Origin: Candidatus Poribacteria bacterium
GTDB taxonomy: Bacteria; Poribacteria; WGA-4E; WGA-3G
Assembly (NCBI GenBank): GCA_965197475.1
Contig: CBDANF010000003.1
Span: 2,176,001-2,240,000 of the forward strand
Direction of reading: 5' to 3'
DNA: 64,000 nucleotides
The notes beneath the pieces are model-generated. The model was not told where the DNA came from and ran no database searches. It was given only the letters and a program-made list of their open reading frames with translations. Below are positions 28,301 through 38,598 of the stretch, in pieces; within the stretch, counting starts at the first letter, position 1; every line of letters begins with the position of its first letter. The translations under genes and the position numbers were made by a program.

Positions 28301-31300
28301 TTATTCGTCCCAAGATGTAAGAATGTAAGTGCTGTTAAACCTTGGAGAGGTGTGATGTCAACAATCTTTTGGGTATACCAGAGATTCAAACTTGTAAGTG
28401 CCGTCAGATTTTGGAGGGGTGTGATGTTACTGATTCCATTAAACGAGAGATCTAAATACGTGAGTTTTGTTAAACTTTGCAGGGAGGTTATGTCCGTGAT
28501 ACCGTTTCTTCCAAGGTCTAAGTGTGTAAGTTCTGTTAAACCTTGGAGCGGTGTGATGTTGCTACTGGAATTCTGATGAAGATCTAACCACGTGAGTTTC
28601 GTCAGATTTTGGAGTGACGTGGTGTTCCGAACCTGATTATACTTAAGATCTAAGTTCGTGAGTTTTGTTAGTTTCGCAATTGGTGTTATGTCACTAATTT
28701 GGTTCCTACCAAGGTTTAAGTGTGTGAGTTCTGTTGCATGCTCCAATCCTGTCAGATTTTGTATATTTCGTTGATCACTATTTAATGTTGTTAATCCTTC
28801 CAGTGCTTTTTGTGTGAGGGATTCACTTTGTTGTAATCCGATTGCGGAACGCACAGCGGCGCGTAAATTCGCATCCGGCATCCAAGATACTGCTTCCAAC
28901 AAAACAGAAATAGTGAAAGTCCGCTTTCCTGTGAGGGTGCCATCGCTTGCGGTTACCGTAATGGTTGCACTCCCTGCACTTTTAGCAGTGATTGTCACTT
29001 GTGAACCAGAAGCGGTCGCCGTGGCGATACTGTTATTACTGGAATTCACACTATAGGTCAACGTATCGTTATTTGTATCTGTGAAGTAGGCGGAAACATT
29101 TAGAGTATTTGGTGCTCCCACATTCAACGTCTGTGCTGGAATTGTTCCTCGCGCACGAGGCGCGACATTTCTAATCGTTATTTGAATAGGATTGGAGCAG
29201 TTATTGTCTGCATCAATTTCATTTGCCAGAGTATCTACGCAGACAAAGCAGTAGAAAACGCCTGAGGTATAAGGCGAGCGGATCGTTGCAGACTGCGCGT
29301 TAGTTGACGCACCAGAATTGATAGCACTTATGCTGACTGTTTGAACTTCAGAATCATCTAATTCAGAAAAGGTTTGGTCAGTGGAGATATAGTAACGGGC
29401 TGTTGTCGCAGCTGCAGTGCTTGTCCCCTGATTTCTGATGGTGGCATTCAGTGTAAAAGTTCCGTTAGGATTGATACTGCCTGTCTGTCCTAATAAATCT
29501 GCCGAAACTGATTCAACAACCAAGTCAGCACCGCGAACACTGATTAAGAGAAAGTTAGAGTAGTTATTATTCGTATCATCTTCATCTGTCACACTGTCCA
29601 CGTACGCATAGTAATAGTATTGTCCCGGCTGACTCGGCGCACGGACACCGTGATCCTCGTCGCCTGAACTACCTTGATTTAGACTCCTGACAGAATCTGT
29701 GGCGATTAATTGATCGTCCGATGAAACTGCTGCATCCGTGGAACGATAGTAACGTAACGTTGTAGAATTTGACGCATCTGCCGCGCCTTGATTTTGGACA
29801 GTGGCTACCAAATCAATATATTCATTCGGCTCAACGAGGCTACTGTTTGATGAAAGCGAAACAACCAAGTCAGGCGAACCCGTAACTTCAACGGGGGTTG
29901 TCGTAGCACGCACAGTAATAGCAACAGCTGCAGAGCAATTATTATCCTCATCACTCTCATTATCTACATCCGACACACATGCACCGTAATAGTAGACACC
30001 CGGAGTAGTCGGTGCCGTCAGACTGACGGATTCATTGCCTGTTTCATCTGTATCTAATCTGGACACAGTGTCATCGCCTACCCATCTGTCACTTGTTGAT
30101 ATACGTGCATCGGATGAGCGGTAATAATCCAGATCAGCAGAAGATGTCGGCTCACCTAATCCTTGATTACGGATAGTGGCTTTCAGCGTAAATGACTCAC
30201 CAGGGTCAAGGGTCGTTCTATTATTGCTCAGTCTAATGGATTCAACGATATAGTCCGGAGAACCGACAACCCGAACCCGTTCCTCGCGGGCGAAGTGATT
30301 TCCAAAAAAATCATCAATATCAATATCTTGGACGTAATCTGTTGTATGGACATTAGATGTTAATATAGCACCATAATAGTATCTATCAGGTGTCATAGGT
30401 GCATCTACTGTGCGTGTCAACGTTATGTCCTCATCTTCTTGTAAGGCAGGCACGCGAAGCGTCCAACCGCCTCGTAAATCACGTTCTTCACGTAATTCCT
30501 CAAGGTCATCGTTACGCCTACCTGAATGATAGTAAAAAGAAACTTCTGTCGCAGCAGACTCGCCGGGACCGTTGTTGCGAATCTCAACTTCTAACTCAAT
30601 TTCTTCCCCTGGACCGACCTCATCATCATCAACATTAAGGTCTCTAATTTCCAGGTCCGGCGGACGGCGTAATAATACCTGGACACCCCAAATAGCTTCT
30701 GCACTCCATCCTTCTAAATTTCTGGAATCCCACTCTATTTTCCACCATCTGTGATTTTCGGTATCTTGAGGACCGTCTATGATAATCCCGGTGTAATCTC
30801 TGTATACATCACCTATATCCCTATAGTTAGTTCCGGGTCCTGTTCTAACATTAAGATTACCAGTAAGTTTTTCACCAGCAATCACAGAAGATCCCACTCT
30901 AAGTCCCTCAGCGCGAGGGTTGCTTACGACAGAGGGATTCCATTCCGGATCAGTGTTTATGGGACGAAAGATAACAGCACCGGTTTGTCTCACTGAAACA
31001 GAGATAGTCTGGACTGCGGTTAAGCCTGTTACTGTATCGCTTGCTGTGACGACTACTGTCGCGACACCTGGTGATACAGGTCTAATCGTGACTCGCGAAC
31101 CGGAAACAGATGCAGTTGCGATACTGCTGGGATTTGACTCTATCTCATAAGTAAGGTTATTTTCTGAAGAGAAGTATGGTGCAACGTCTACAGTTTGAGA
31201 ACTACCGCCCAACGTCAAGTCTTGATGAGGGATCGCACCTTCAGGCAACGGGGGCGACAAAAGTGGTGCAAAAAATCCTGCCTGTTCAAGAGCTGCTCGG

Positions 31301-32270
31301 GATTGTTTTTTCCCTCCGCTATACGGGCAAGGGTATTTTTCTTAATCTCCTCCTCACCTTTCTCAGCTAAGTCCAGCAATTGCTGTCTATGTTCCTCAAT
31401 TGTATCAATGGCATTGTTTGTTTCAATAGTTGATATGACTAACGATGTTATAACACCAGCACTCTGTATTCCCGTTGTTGATGACGCAATTTGGCCGGCA
31501 GCTATGCTACCGGATCGATCTACCAAGCGATCACTTAAATCAGGTGCCTGGAGATAGTTATTCACGAGTTCGTAAGTAAGCAAATGGTACTGGACCATAT
31601 AGTCGTAACCCTTCCACGTTTCGTTTATATCATCAATTGAAATGGTAATGCTTGGCGTTTCGTAAGATGTCCTACGCTGACGAATTAAACTCTCTAAGTT
31701 TGTTGTCACTCTTCCACAAATTATAGCAAGCTTGCCCGCAAATATTAACAACTGATATTCAGGTTCAAGTGGTCTTGCTGTATTAATTGCTGATACAATT
31801 ACGCCGACTACACTTGTGAGTGAGAAACCACTAATTGCGGAACCAAGAGCACTAATTGCACCACCAAAAATCATGTCTCCCAATTGTGTTAGATTTAGGT
31901 TAATTAGCGCAGTTTTGGCAATGCCTCTAACTACCTGCTCCCAATCCTCTAAAGGTATTTCAGGAGAATAATAAGTCCTAATAACCCACAACAGTTTTGA
32001 GGCATGATAGAGTTCTACAGCGATTTCACGTTCTTCCTCTGTAACTCCAATAAGCATTTGCCCCTCTAAATTTCGGATAGAGAAATCTTCAACATCTGTG
32101 CCTTCGCCAACTGTAATAGTGTATATCTCACCATCACTCGCTTGTATATGGTAATCTCTCGCTGCAACTGACATCGGTAAAACCAGCATGAATAACAGTA
32201 GACTCAGCACCCCAATAACGTTTTTAACATTTACTTTCCAACCGTGTAATAAATGACAATGAAATCGCAT
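22369..32270 (-). CDS. Giant secreted multidomain protein of about 3300 aa (unknown N-domain, SH3b, CARDB-like, Ig/cadherin-like repeats, four LRR blocks, FlgD/T9SS-like C-terminal domain), frameshifted near 31310
   Basis: ORF 31215-32270 has the signal peptide; ORF 22369-31260 has none and overlaps it in the -1 frame; LNVRTGPGTNY, PDL...GPYYYG-type domains, NRAP...DPDNDTLTY, PDANLRAAV LRR caps, NYPNPFNPETWIPY. Confidence 0.82.
22940..23599 (-). repeat. Ten tandem 66-bp coding repeats (LRR units)
   Basis: GYGGTCAAATCTTCAAGCGCACTGATG recurs every 66 bp from 22940 to 23534, with the last unit slightly diverged. Confidence 0.9.
26390..27930 (-). repeat. Near-identical 282-288-bp coding duplications (Ig-like domains, one pair and one triplet)
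   Basis: FTTDDDAKTLPMELYFNDPENN twice; VVNRAPFTVGAISSRTLTEGDSS three times; near-identical at DNA level. Confidence 0.88.
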
Positions 32271-32501
32271 AATAAATCTCCTTTTAACATATTTGCTTAA
32301 AAGACACTCTATTTGTCAATTTTTTTAGATATATAAAGCATGAAAAGATTATATCATTGTAAATCATATTAAGTCAAATCTAAAATTAATTTTTATTTAA
32401 ATATATATTGACTTTAAATGAATAAATTAATGACATCTGTCTAAATTGAATCTGTAGATTCTCTTAGAAAATGAGATGGGATGGGGACTTTTGGAAGGTA
32501 T

Positions 32502-32579
32502 TATACCAAATTAACTTGATTCAACTTGTCCGCGCGCTGTCCGCCAGAAAAATAAGATTGATCCTGTTAATTTGGTATT
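32502..32579. mobile_element. MITE-like element, copy 2 (internally shortened)
   Basis: ATACCAAATTAAC...GTTAATTTGGTAT; abuts the selenoprotein stop codon. Confidence 0.75.
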
Positions 32580-33105
32580 ATTTCATCAACCGCTCAACAA
32601 TTTTGTCAACAATCCCCTCAGCACGTTCCCGAATCTGATCCGGTGTTAGACTCTGGATCGGATGCGCAACGGTGAGCGGTTCTAATTCATTATATCCAAG
32701 CACACGTGCCTGAACTTTTCCCGCCGCGAAAAAGACCTCTGTACATACTGCCACACTCGGCACGCCGCGTTCCTCTAAAACACTCCCATCGTGCATACTG
32801 CACGATATACAGGAACCTCAGTCAGCAAGTCCTTCAATGACGAAATCAACTTGTTCAGCAAGGTCATCAAGCAGCGCAATCGGTGCTGGACGCGCGAACG
32901 TCGGTTTTTTGACACGGACAACTTCAGCAATATCAAAACGTTCGCGCATTAATTCTTCAACCCGATCAAGGAAAATATCACTGCCGTTTTTAGTGATATC
33001 CAATAATCCCATTACTTTTCCATCAAAATTCTCAAGCCGTGGTGCAAGAAATTTCACGGCTGCATCCGCTTGAGCGGTGGGATCAAGTAAAGTAACGTTT
33101 ATCAT
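32578..33105 (-). CDS. UGSC-family selenoprotein (in-frame TGA read as Sec), 175 aa
   Basis: Two same-frame ORFs joined by TGA GGT TCC TGT ATA TCG TGC AGT ATG CAC GAT, which reads LAD-U-GSCISCSMHD. Confidence 0.88.
32785..32817 (-). promoter_or_regulatory. Bacterial SECIS-like hairpin
   Basis: ATCGTGCA-GTA-TGCACGAT perfect 8-bp stem; the loop starts with G, 19 nt after the UGA. Confidence 0.75.
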
Positions 33106-33117
33106 AATCGAATATCC

Positions 33118-33450
33118 TTATGTGGTTGGAGGGGACGTTTCCATCTGGACCTGTTGTGACTTTGCCATAGCATCCTCCGCTTCTTGGATCATCCCTTTTC
33201 GTTGATAGCAAATAGATAAACTTGTGTAAGCAAGCGGATCATTCGGATTGATTTCAATCGCTTTCTGAACAGCTTCAATAGCTTCATCGTATTGACCAAG
33301 CCGTTCGTAAGCATGCCCTAATCCGAGATACCCCTCAATATAGTCTGGATAAACCTCAATAAGTTCCTTAAAAGCTTTAACTGCCGCCTCTAAATCATTT
33401 TCTGCGAAATGCGTAAGTGCTACATCGTAAAGTTCTTCTTGTGTTGCCAT
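33118..33450 (-). CDS. Small TPR protein
   Basis: GYLGLGHAY and AYTSLSICY TPR units; 12 nt upstream of the selenoprotein gene. Confidence 0.85.
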   Translation of the reverse strand: MATQEELYDVALTHFAENDLEAAVKAFKELIEVYPDYIEGYLGLGHAYERLGQYDEAIEAVQKAIEINPNDPLAYTSLSICYQRKGMIQEAEDAMAKSQQVQMETSPPTT

Positions 33451-33525
33451 TTTTTCTTCCTTACAAAATTTGAATACATTTTAACAGAAACCGAAGCGAA
33501 AGTCAATTGGAATTTATTCTTTGGG

Positions 33526-33870
33526 CAGGGCTATTTAGTTTTAAGAATATTCATTCTATGAGTTTAACTTCGAGTTTAGGTTTTGTCGCCGACACTGCGT
33601 TGTGTGAGTGTGATCCCAAACTCGTGAGAGATGGCAGAAAACAAGCGTTTTATTATCGCATCCTGTTTGTCGGTAGAACACATTGTTTGGCCATCGATTG
33701 CGACCACAGTGAAACAATCTATCAAATCGGGATGACTTTCAAGGACTGTGTTTACCCATTTTGTCAGTGCCTCTTCTAATGCCACAACATCCGAATTTCT
33801 CAAAAGATTATGGATCGTTGCGGGACAAGGTGTTGTCTTGTGTGAAACCGAGTGCTTTTGCGAGTTCCGG
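33526..33870 (-). pseudogene. ISAs1-family transposase remnant
   Basis: TPCPATIHNLL, VAIDGQT (family AIDGKT), SAISHEFGITLTQ, DKT then a stop; CAGGGC end-like sequence at 33526. Confidence 0.7.
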
Positions 33871-33949
33871 TTGAGTCGGCCCTCGTTATCTTCCACCTCC
33901 CAATCTTTCCAACATACAGGCTTTAAAGACGACTTTAACGCAAAAATAC

Positions 33950-34717
33950 TCAACGAAACCACTTGACCATGATAGGGAAAATCAGGAGAGATAATACACA
34001 AAACAAGCAAATGTTCCATGCCCACAGATGCGTTGCCCCTGATCGAAAAATTGATAATAGTGCACAGACCGGACTTATCGCACCTAACATCGGGATGTCC
34101 GAAAATGGTGTTATCGGAATCAGTGGTAGAAATGTAATGGCAATTACGCATCCCAAACAGATGCCTTTTGCGCGAATTGCGGTGTGCCACAACGTAAACC
34201 CAATGCCGATCAGTGCGAAAAAGACACAACTCACCAATATCACCATTCCACATTTCACTAACTGCCAAATCGCTAACCCCCCTATGTAGCTTGAAAGCAC
34301 GAATAACGGAATTGTCAACCATATACCCCATAATGCCCAAATCACAACTGCAATCAACTTCCCACCTAAGATTTTCCAATTAGCCAACGGTGTTAAAGCT
34401 AACAGCGCACCGTTTCCATTTTCTTCGTGTAGACCATCATGTGAAAAAGCCTGAGAACGTTCCATATTCATTGCCTCAACACCATGTTTCGACACAAAAA
34501 ATTGTGTAATGAAAAGGCAGATGATCAAAAGCGTATATGTCTGTTTTCCTACATCAATTGAATTTCCGTTTCGTTGCGTGTCTATTCCTTGTGCGTAGAA
34601 CTCTACTGTACCAACAAAAATCAGCAGCGCAAAGACGCATATAAAAATGAACTGGATAATCCGGTATTTGCGTGAATTGGAATATGAACGAAGATCTTTA
34701 AGGATGATAGCTAACAT
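33950..34717 (-). CDS. ABC-2-type transporter permease-like membrane protein
   Basis: IILKDLR start, about six TM helices, LLALTPL...ILGGKL motif. Confidence 0.7.
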   Translation of the reverse strand: MLAIILKDLRSYSNSRKYRIIQFIFICVFALLIFVGTVEFYAQGIDTQRNGNSIDVGKQTYTLLIICLFITQFFVSKHGVEAMNMERSQAFSHDGLHEENGNGALLALTPLANWKILGGKLIAVVIWALWGIWLTIPLFVLSSYIGGLAIWQLVKCGMVILVSCVFFALIGIGFTLWHTAIRAKGICLGCVIAITFLPLIPITPFSDIPMLGAISPVCALLSIFRSGATHLWAWNICLFCVLSLLIFPIMVKWFR

Positions 34718-34881
34718 AATTGTATTTGAGAGTAAAGATATCTAACAATTCTTGAAATTATATAATTCAAAGCAAAAGTATTTTCATTGACGGATTTTCA
34801 CAAAGATGCTATTTTTTGTACATCGGTAAAACCTATAACGCAACCTTGATAAAAGTCGCAGTGTAAAACAAGGAGAAATCC

Positions 34882-36072
34882 ATGTCAAAACTCAATATCG
34901 CTTTGGTCGGTGCTGGACGACGGGGTGCTGGTGCACATCTGCCTGTCATTGCAAAACTGAAAGATGTTTACAATCTTGTCGCAATTTGCGATATAGACGC
35001 AGAAACAGCAACGCGCTACGCAAAACAATACGGCGCGAATCCGTACACAAACGTGCGTGATCTTATCGCGCATGAAGAACTTGATGTCGTAGACATCACC
35101 GTGCCGGGTGTAGCACATCACGCGATCGCATGTTTTATGGCGGATGCAGGTATTCATATCCTCTGTGAAACCCCTATTGCGGTAACTCTCCTAACATCTG
35201 ACATGATGATTGAAAGTGCAAAAGCAAATAACGTTAAACTTGAAGTCGCAGAAAATTATTATCGGGCACCACGGGAAAGGTTTCTATCAAAGGTAATTGA
35301 CGCAGGCATTATCGGTGATGTCGCTCGGATTTACCGAATTTTCTATGAAGGCGGCTACCACGGTATGAGTATGCTCCGTCTACGCGCAGGCGGTGAACCG
35401 AAATCTGCACTCGGTATAACGCAATCAAGTCCTGTAATTCCCATTATTGATCGTATGAAACGCAATCATACTAATGAAAATTGGAGCCTCGGCTTTATTG
35501 AATTTGACAACAATGCAACCGCAATTATGATATACTCCAATGTCATCCATGCTCGTTCCTTAGGACGGGGACAAACAGGCATTTCACAAATTGATGGCAG
35601 TAAAGGCACCATCGTAGGAGACGAAATCTACGTGACACCCGAAGCAGACCTGCAATCCGGTGCAAAAGGCATCGCTTACCGTCCCAAACGCACCACGATT
35701 GAGGTGGATGGTGTAGATGTTATAGAGAAGATTGAACTGGAACTCCCAGAACAAACGGTGACTTGGGAAAACCCACTCAAGCACTACCCACTTTCCGAAG
35801 GACAAATTGCGGTAGCAGATGAACTCCTCAGCATCGCTACAGCAGTACTTAATGATACTGAACCGGAATACGGTGCAGCTCTTGCAAGACAGGATCAGGA
35901 AATGAATATCGCCATGAACGAATCTGGAAAACGTAGCAGAGAAACGCTCCTTTTCCCGTTGACCGAACTCACTGAAACTGAACGCAGCACTCACGAAAAC
36001 TATCAAAAACAGAATGGACATCCGATCGAAGATGTTCAAGCTGGAATTGATATCTTCTTCCCCCGTCGTTGA
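34882..36072 (+). CDS. Gfo/Idh/MocA family oxidoreductase
   Basis: IALVGAGRRG, LVAICD, HILCETP; AGGAG RBS. Confidence 0.88.
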   Translation: MSKLNIALVGAGRRGAGAHLPVIAKLKDVYNLVAICDIDAETATRYAKQYGANPYTNVRDLIAHEELDVVDITVPGVAHHAIACFMADAGIHILCETPIAVTLLTSDMMIESAKANNVKLEVAENYYRAPRERFLSKVIDAGIIGDVARIYRIFYEGGYHGMSMLRLRAGGEPKSALGITQSSPVIPIIDRMKRNHTNENWSLGFIEFDNNATAIMIYSNVIHARSLGRGQTGISQIDGSKGTIVGDEIYVTPEADLQSGAKGIAYRPKRTTIEVDGVDVIEKIELELPEQTVTWENPLKHYPLSEGQIAVADELLSIATAVLNDTEPEYGAALARQDQEMNIAMNESGKRSRETLLFPLTELTETERSTHENYQKQNGHPIEDVQAGIDIFFPRR

Positions 36073-36178
36073 CATAATAGCATTTCCAGAAAATTGAGTC
36101 AACTTTTTGGCTTTACCACGGATGTAAATATTTTGTCACATAGGTTCAATGGACGAAGCGTGTGGCGCGTTTTCAACT

Positions 36179-36203
36179 GTAGGGCGGGTCCCTGTGCCCC
36201 GCC
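36179..36203 (+). repeat. GTAG-type REP palindrome
   Basis: GTAG-GGCGGG-TCCCTGTGC-CCCGCC. Confidence 0.6.
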
Positions 36204-36422
36204 GAATCATGCAGAATACCACACGCGTATTCTGTCACGCGCATGAGGCGTTGATTCCCTACTTTAGTCAAACTCATGTTACGTATTTGTCCGTATTGTC
36301 AATTTTTGTAATCATACCAATGACCCAAAATTATCAAATTTTGTTGTTCAATATATATATTATATGATATACTTATAAATTATATCGGCCTGCCACATTT
36401 CATCAAAGGAGGAACAAAGGAG

Positions 36423-36635
36423 ATGGGAATAGGCGGAATGGAGATATTTTTTATCTTGGTAGCTGCCTTGATAATTTTTGGCCCACAAAAGTTGCCGGAA
36501 ATGGGACGATCTTTAGGAAAAGCTATTCGAGAATTTAAGAGTGCCGGTAGCGAGATACAAGATGAAATTACAAAGGCAACAAACGACATAGATATTGATC
36601 CAGATAAAACAATCAAACCCCCGAAATCAGTCTAA
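36423..36635 (+). CDS. tatA: Twin-arginine translocase subunit TatA
   Basis: GIGGMEI...IIFGPQKLPEMGRSLGKAIREFK. Confidence 0.93.
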   Translation: MGIGGMEIFFILVAALIIFGPQKLPEMGRSLGKAIREFKSAGSEIQDEITKATNDIDIDPDKTIKPPKSV

Positions 36636-36655
36636 GTCCGTAAACAAGAATCATT

Positions 36656-37483
36656 ATGGAATCTAACGATGTTGAAATGAGTATCTGGGAGCATCTTGAG
36701 GAACTCCGACGACGTATTATAATTTCTCTCGTTGCTTTAGGTGTTTTTACGGTCCTAGGGTTGTCCTTTACTAAGCCAATTAGATATGTTCTTGAGCTCC
36801 CAATGAAGAGTCCTATAACCAATCTGATTGCCAACGCAATTGAAACAACGGCTGGCGTAGAAGGGTCAACACTCGGTTTTTTGGCACTCGCTTTGCGCGC
36901 TGGAGGATCAAATGTGAGAGCTGAACTCATCCTAACGGGTGCTTTTCAAGGTATCATGGCATACCTAACAATTGGAATTACTACTGGCGTATTGCTTTCA
37001 CTACCGATAATTCTTTATCAAATCTGGATGTTTGTGTTTCCAGCGTTGAATAGATCGGAACAGCGATTTGCGTTACCACTTTTCTTCACAATCATCTTCT
37101 TCTTTTTGCTGGGAGCTGTTTTCGCTTATTTTATCGTTGTTCCAGTTGTGTTGCAATTCGCAGCGGGTCTTTTTCCAGAATTTCAAAATCTTTGGGATTT
37201 GAAAGGATATATTAGTTTTGTAACAGGATTAATTTTAGGATTCGGTATCGCTTTTGAGTTACCGATAGTAATGGCGTTTCTTGCACGTATCGGGGTTATT
37301 GACTGGCGTGGTTTTCGTGGGAAACAACGATATGCCTTGTTAGGTATTTGTGTGATGTCAGCTTTGTTAACCCCTGCAGATCCGGGTTCAATGCTCCTGA
37401 TGGCATTCCCACTCTTCATTTTGTATCAATTGGGTATTTTTTTCGCATACCTCGTTGAAAAGGAGGCTGAATATAATGGCTAA
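36656..37483 (+). CDS. tatC: Twin-arginine translocase subunit TatC
   Basis: MSIWEHLEELRRR, YQIWMFVFPAL, FELP, LTPADP. Confidence 0.93.
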   Translation: MESNDVEMSIWEHLEELRRRIIISLVALGVFTVLGLSFTKPIRYVLELPMKSPITNLIANAIETTAGVEGSTLGFLALALRAGGSNVRAELILTGAFQGIMAYLTIGITTGVLLSLPIILYQIWMFVFPALNRSEQRFALPLFFTIIFFFLLGAVFAYFIVVPVVLQFAAGLFPEFQNLWDLKGYISFVTGLILGFGIAFELPIVMAFLARIGVIDWRGFRGKQRYALLGICVMSALLTPADPGSMLLMAFPLFILYQLGIFFAYLVEKEAEYNG

Positions 37484-38219
37484 CGAATCTTTGCGGCAAC
37501 AACTCGCTTTGCTCTACCAGCTCCAGGAGCAGGACAGGGAGATGTTGTCTTTCCACCAACAATTACAAACTATTCCTCGTCATATTGAACAATTGGATGC
37601 AAGTGTTACAAAATTTAAAGTGGAAATTACCGCAAAATCTGATGAGCTTGCCGAAGTTGAAAAATCACAACGCTCCAAAAACGCTGAATTAGAAATGAAT
37701 GAGGTTCAACGCGAAAAATATAAGAAGGAACAACGCGAAGTTACCTCAAATGAAGCCTATATCGCACTTGAAAATCAGATTGAATATCTTGATCAGAAGG
37801 ATGCAGAGTCAGAAGAAGAAATCTTAGAACTGATGGAAAAGGGCGATCAGTTGAAGGTAGAATTGACAGAACTTGAAGCCGATGTCGCTCGCGAAGATGA
37901 AAAAACTACTCAGAGAAAAAACGAGTTCCGGGAGGAACAGAAACTTTTAGAAGCACGGATAAATGATAAATTAGAAAAGCGGAACACATTTATCCCGAAA
38001 ATTGACAAGAAACTTACCACACAGTACCATCGCTGGATGGAACGGCATAAAACCGATTTTGTCGCGTTGGGAAAAAATGGAACTTGTGGAAGTTGCTGTC
38101 TCACAATCCAGCCGCAAAACCTCAAGGAAGCGCAAAAATATGAAAAATTGGTTTATTGCTCCAGTTGTAAACGAGTACTTTATGTTGAACCCGCGACTTC
38201 GAATATACCCTTTCCATAG
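37476..38219 (+). CDS. Coiled-coil protein with C4 zinc ribbon (DUF164 / CT398-HP0958-like)
   Basis: LYQLQEQD start, long coiled coil, CGSC...CSSCKRVLY. Confidence 0.85.
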   Translation: MANESLRQQLALLYQLQEQDREMLSFHQQLQTIPRHIEQLDASVTKFKVEITAKSDELAEVEKSQRSKNAELEMNEVQREKYKKEQREVTSNEAYIALENQIEYLDQKDAESEEEILELMEKGDQLKVELTELEADVAREDEKTTQRKNEFREEQKLLEARINDKLEKRNTFIPKIDKKLTTQYHRWMERHKTDFVALGKNGTCGSCCLTIQPQNLKEAQKYEKLVYCSSCKRVLYVEPATSNIPFP

Positions 38220-38271
38220 CGAAACTTTATAAACGGTTTTCACGTTTGTAAAATAGTGTGGAGTCGTCTCT

Positions 38272-38598
38272 GTGCCATTTATTGATATTAATATTCAACC
38301 TGAAAAACAAGTTTTTGATGGGGTTACAATTCGCACAATCCATGGCGAAAAACTCATGATGTCCTATGTCCATCTGCAACCGCACAGCACGGTCACAGAG
38401 CATAGCCACCTACATGAACAGATGGGCATCGTTTTAGAAGGCACTTTTGAATTGACTATTGACAGGGAATCACGAACGCTCAAAAAAGGTGATACTTACC
38501 TTATCCCCTCTCACATAAAACATAGTGCTAAGGCATTTGACACAACGGCAATAGTCCTTGATATTTTTAGCCCGCCCCGGGAAGATTATATATCTTGA
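38272..38598 (+). CDS. Cupin domain protein
   Basis: HSHLHEQ, H..HS and LDIFSPPREDY motifs. Confidence 0.88.
   Translation: MPFIDINIQPEKQVFDGVTIRTIHGEKLMMSYVHLQPHSTVTEHSHLHEQMGIVLEGTFELTIDRESRTLKKGDTYLIPSHIKHSAKAFDTTAIVLDIFSPPREDYIS

Noticed and set aside
33576-34379. 267-aa ORF as a real gene
   Set aside because: It is a chimera: the 5' part is an alternate frame of the permease gene and the 3' part is the ISAs1 relic.
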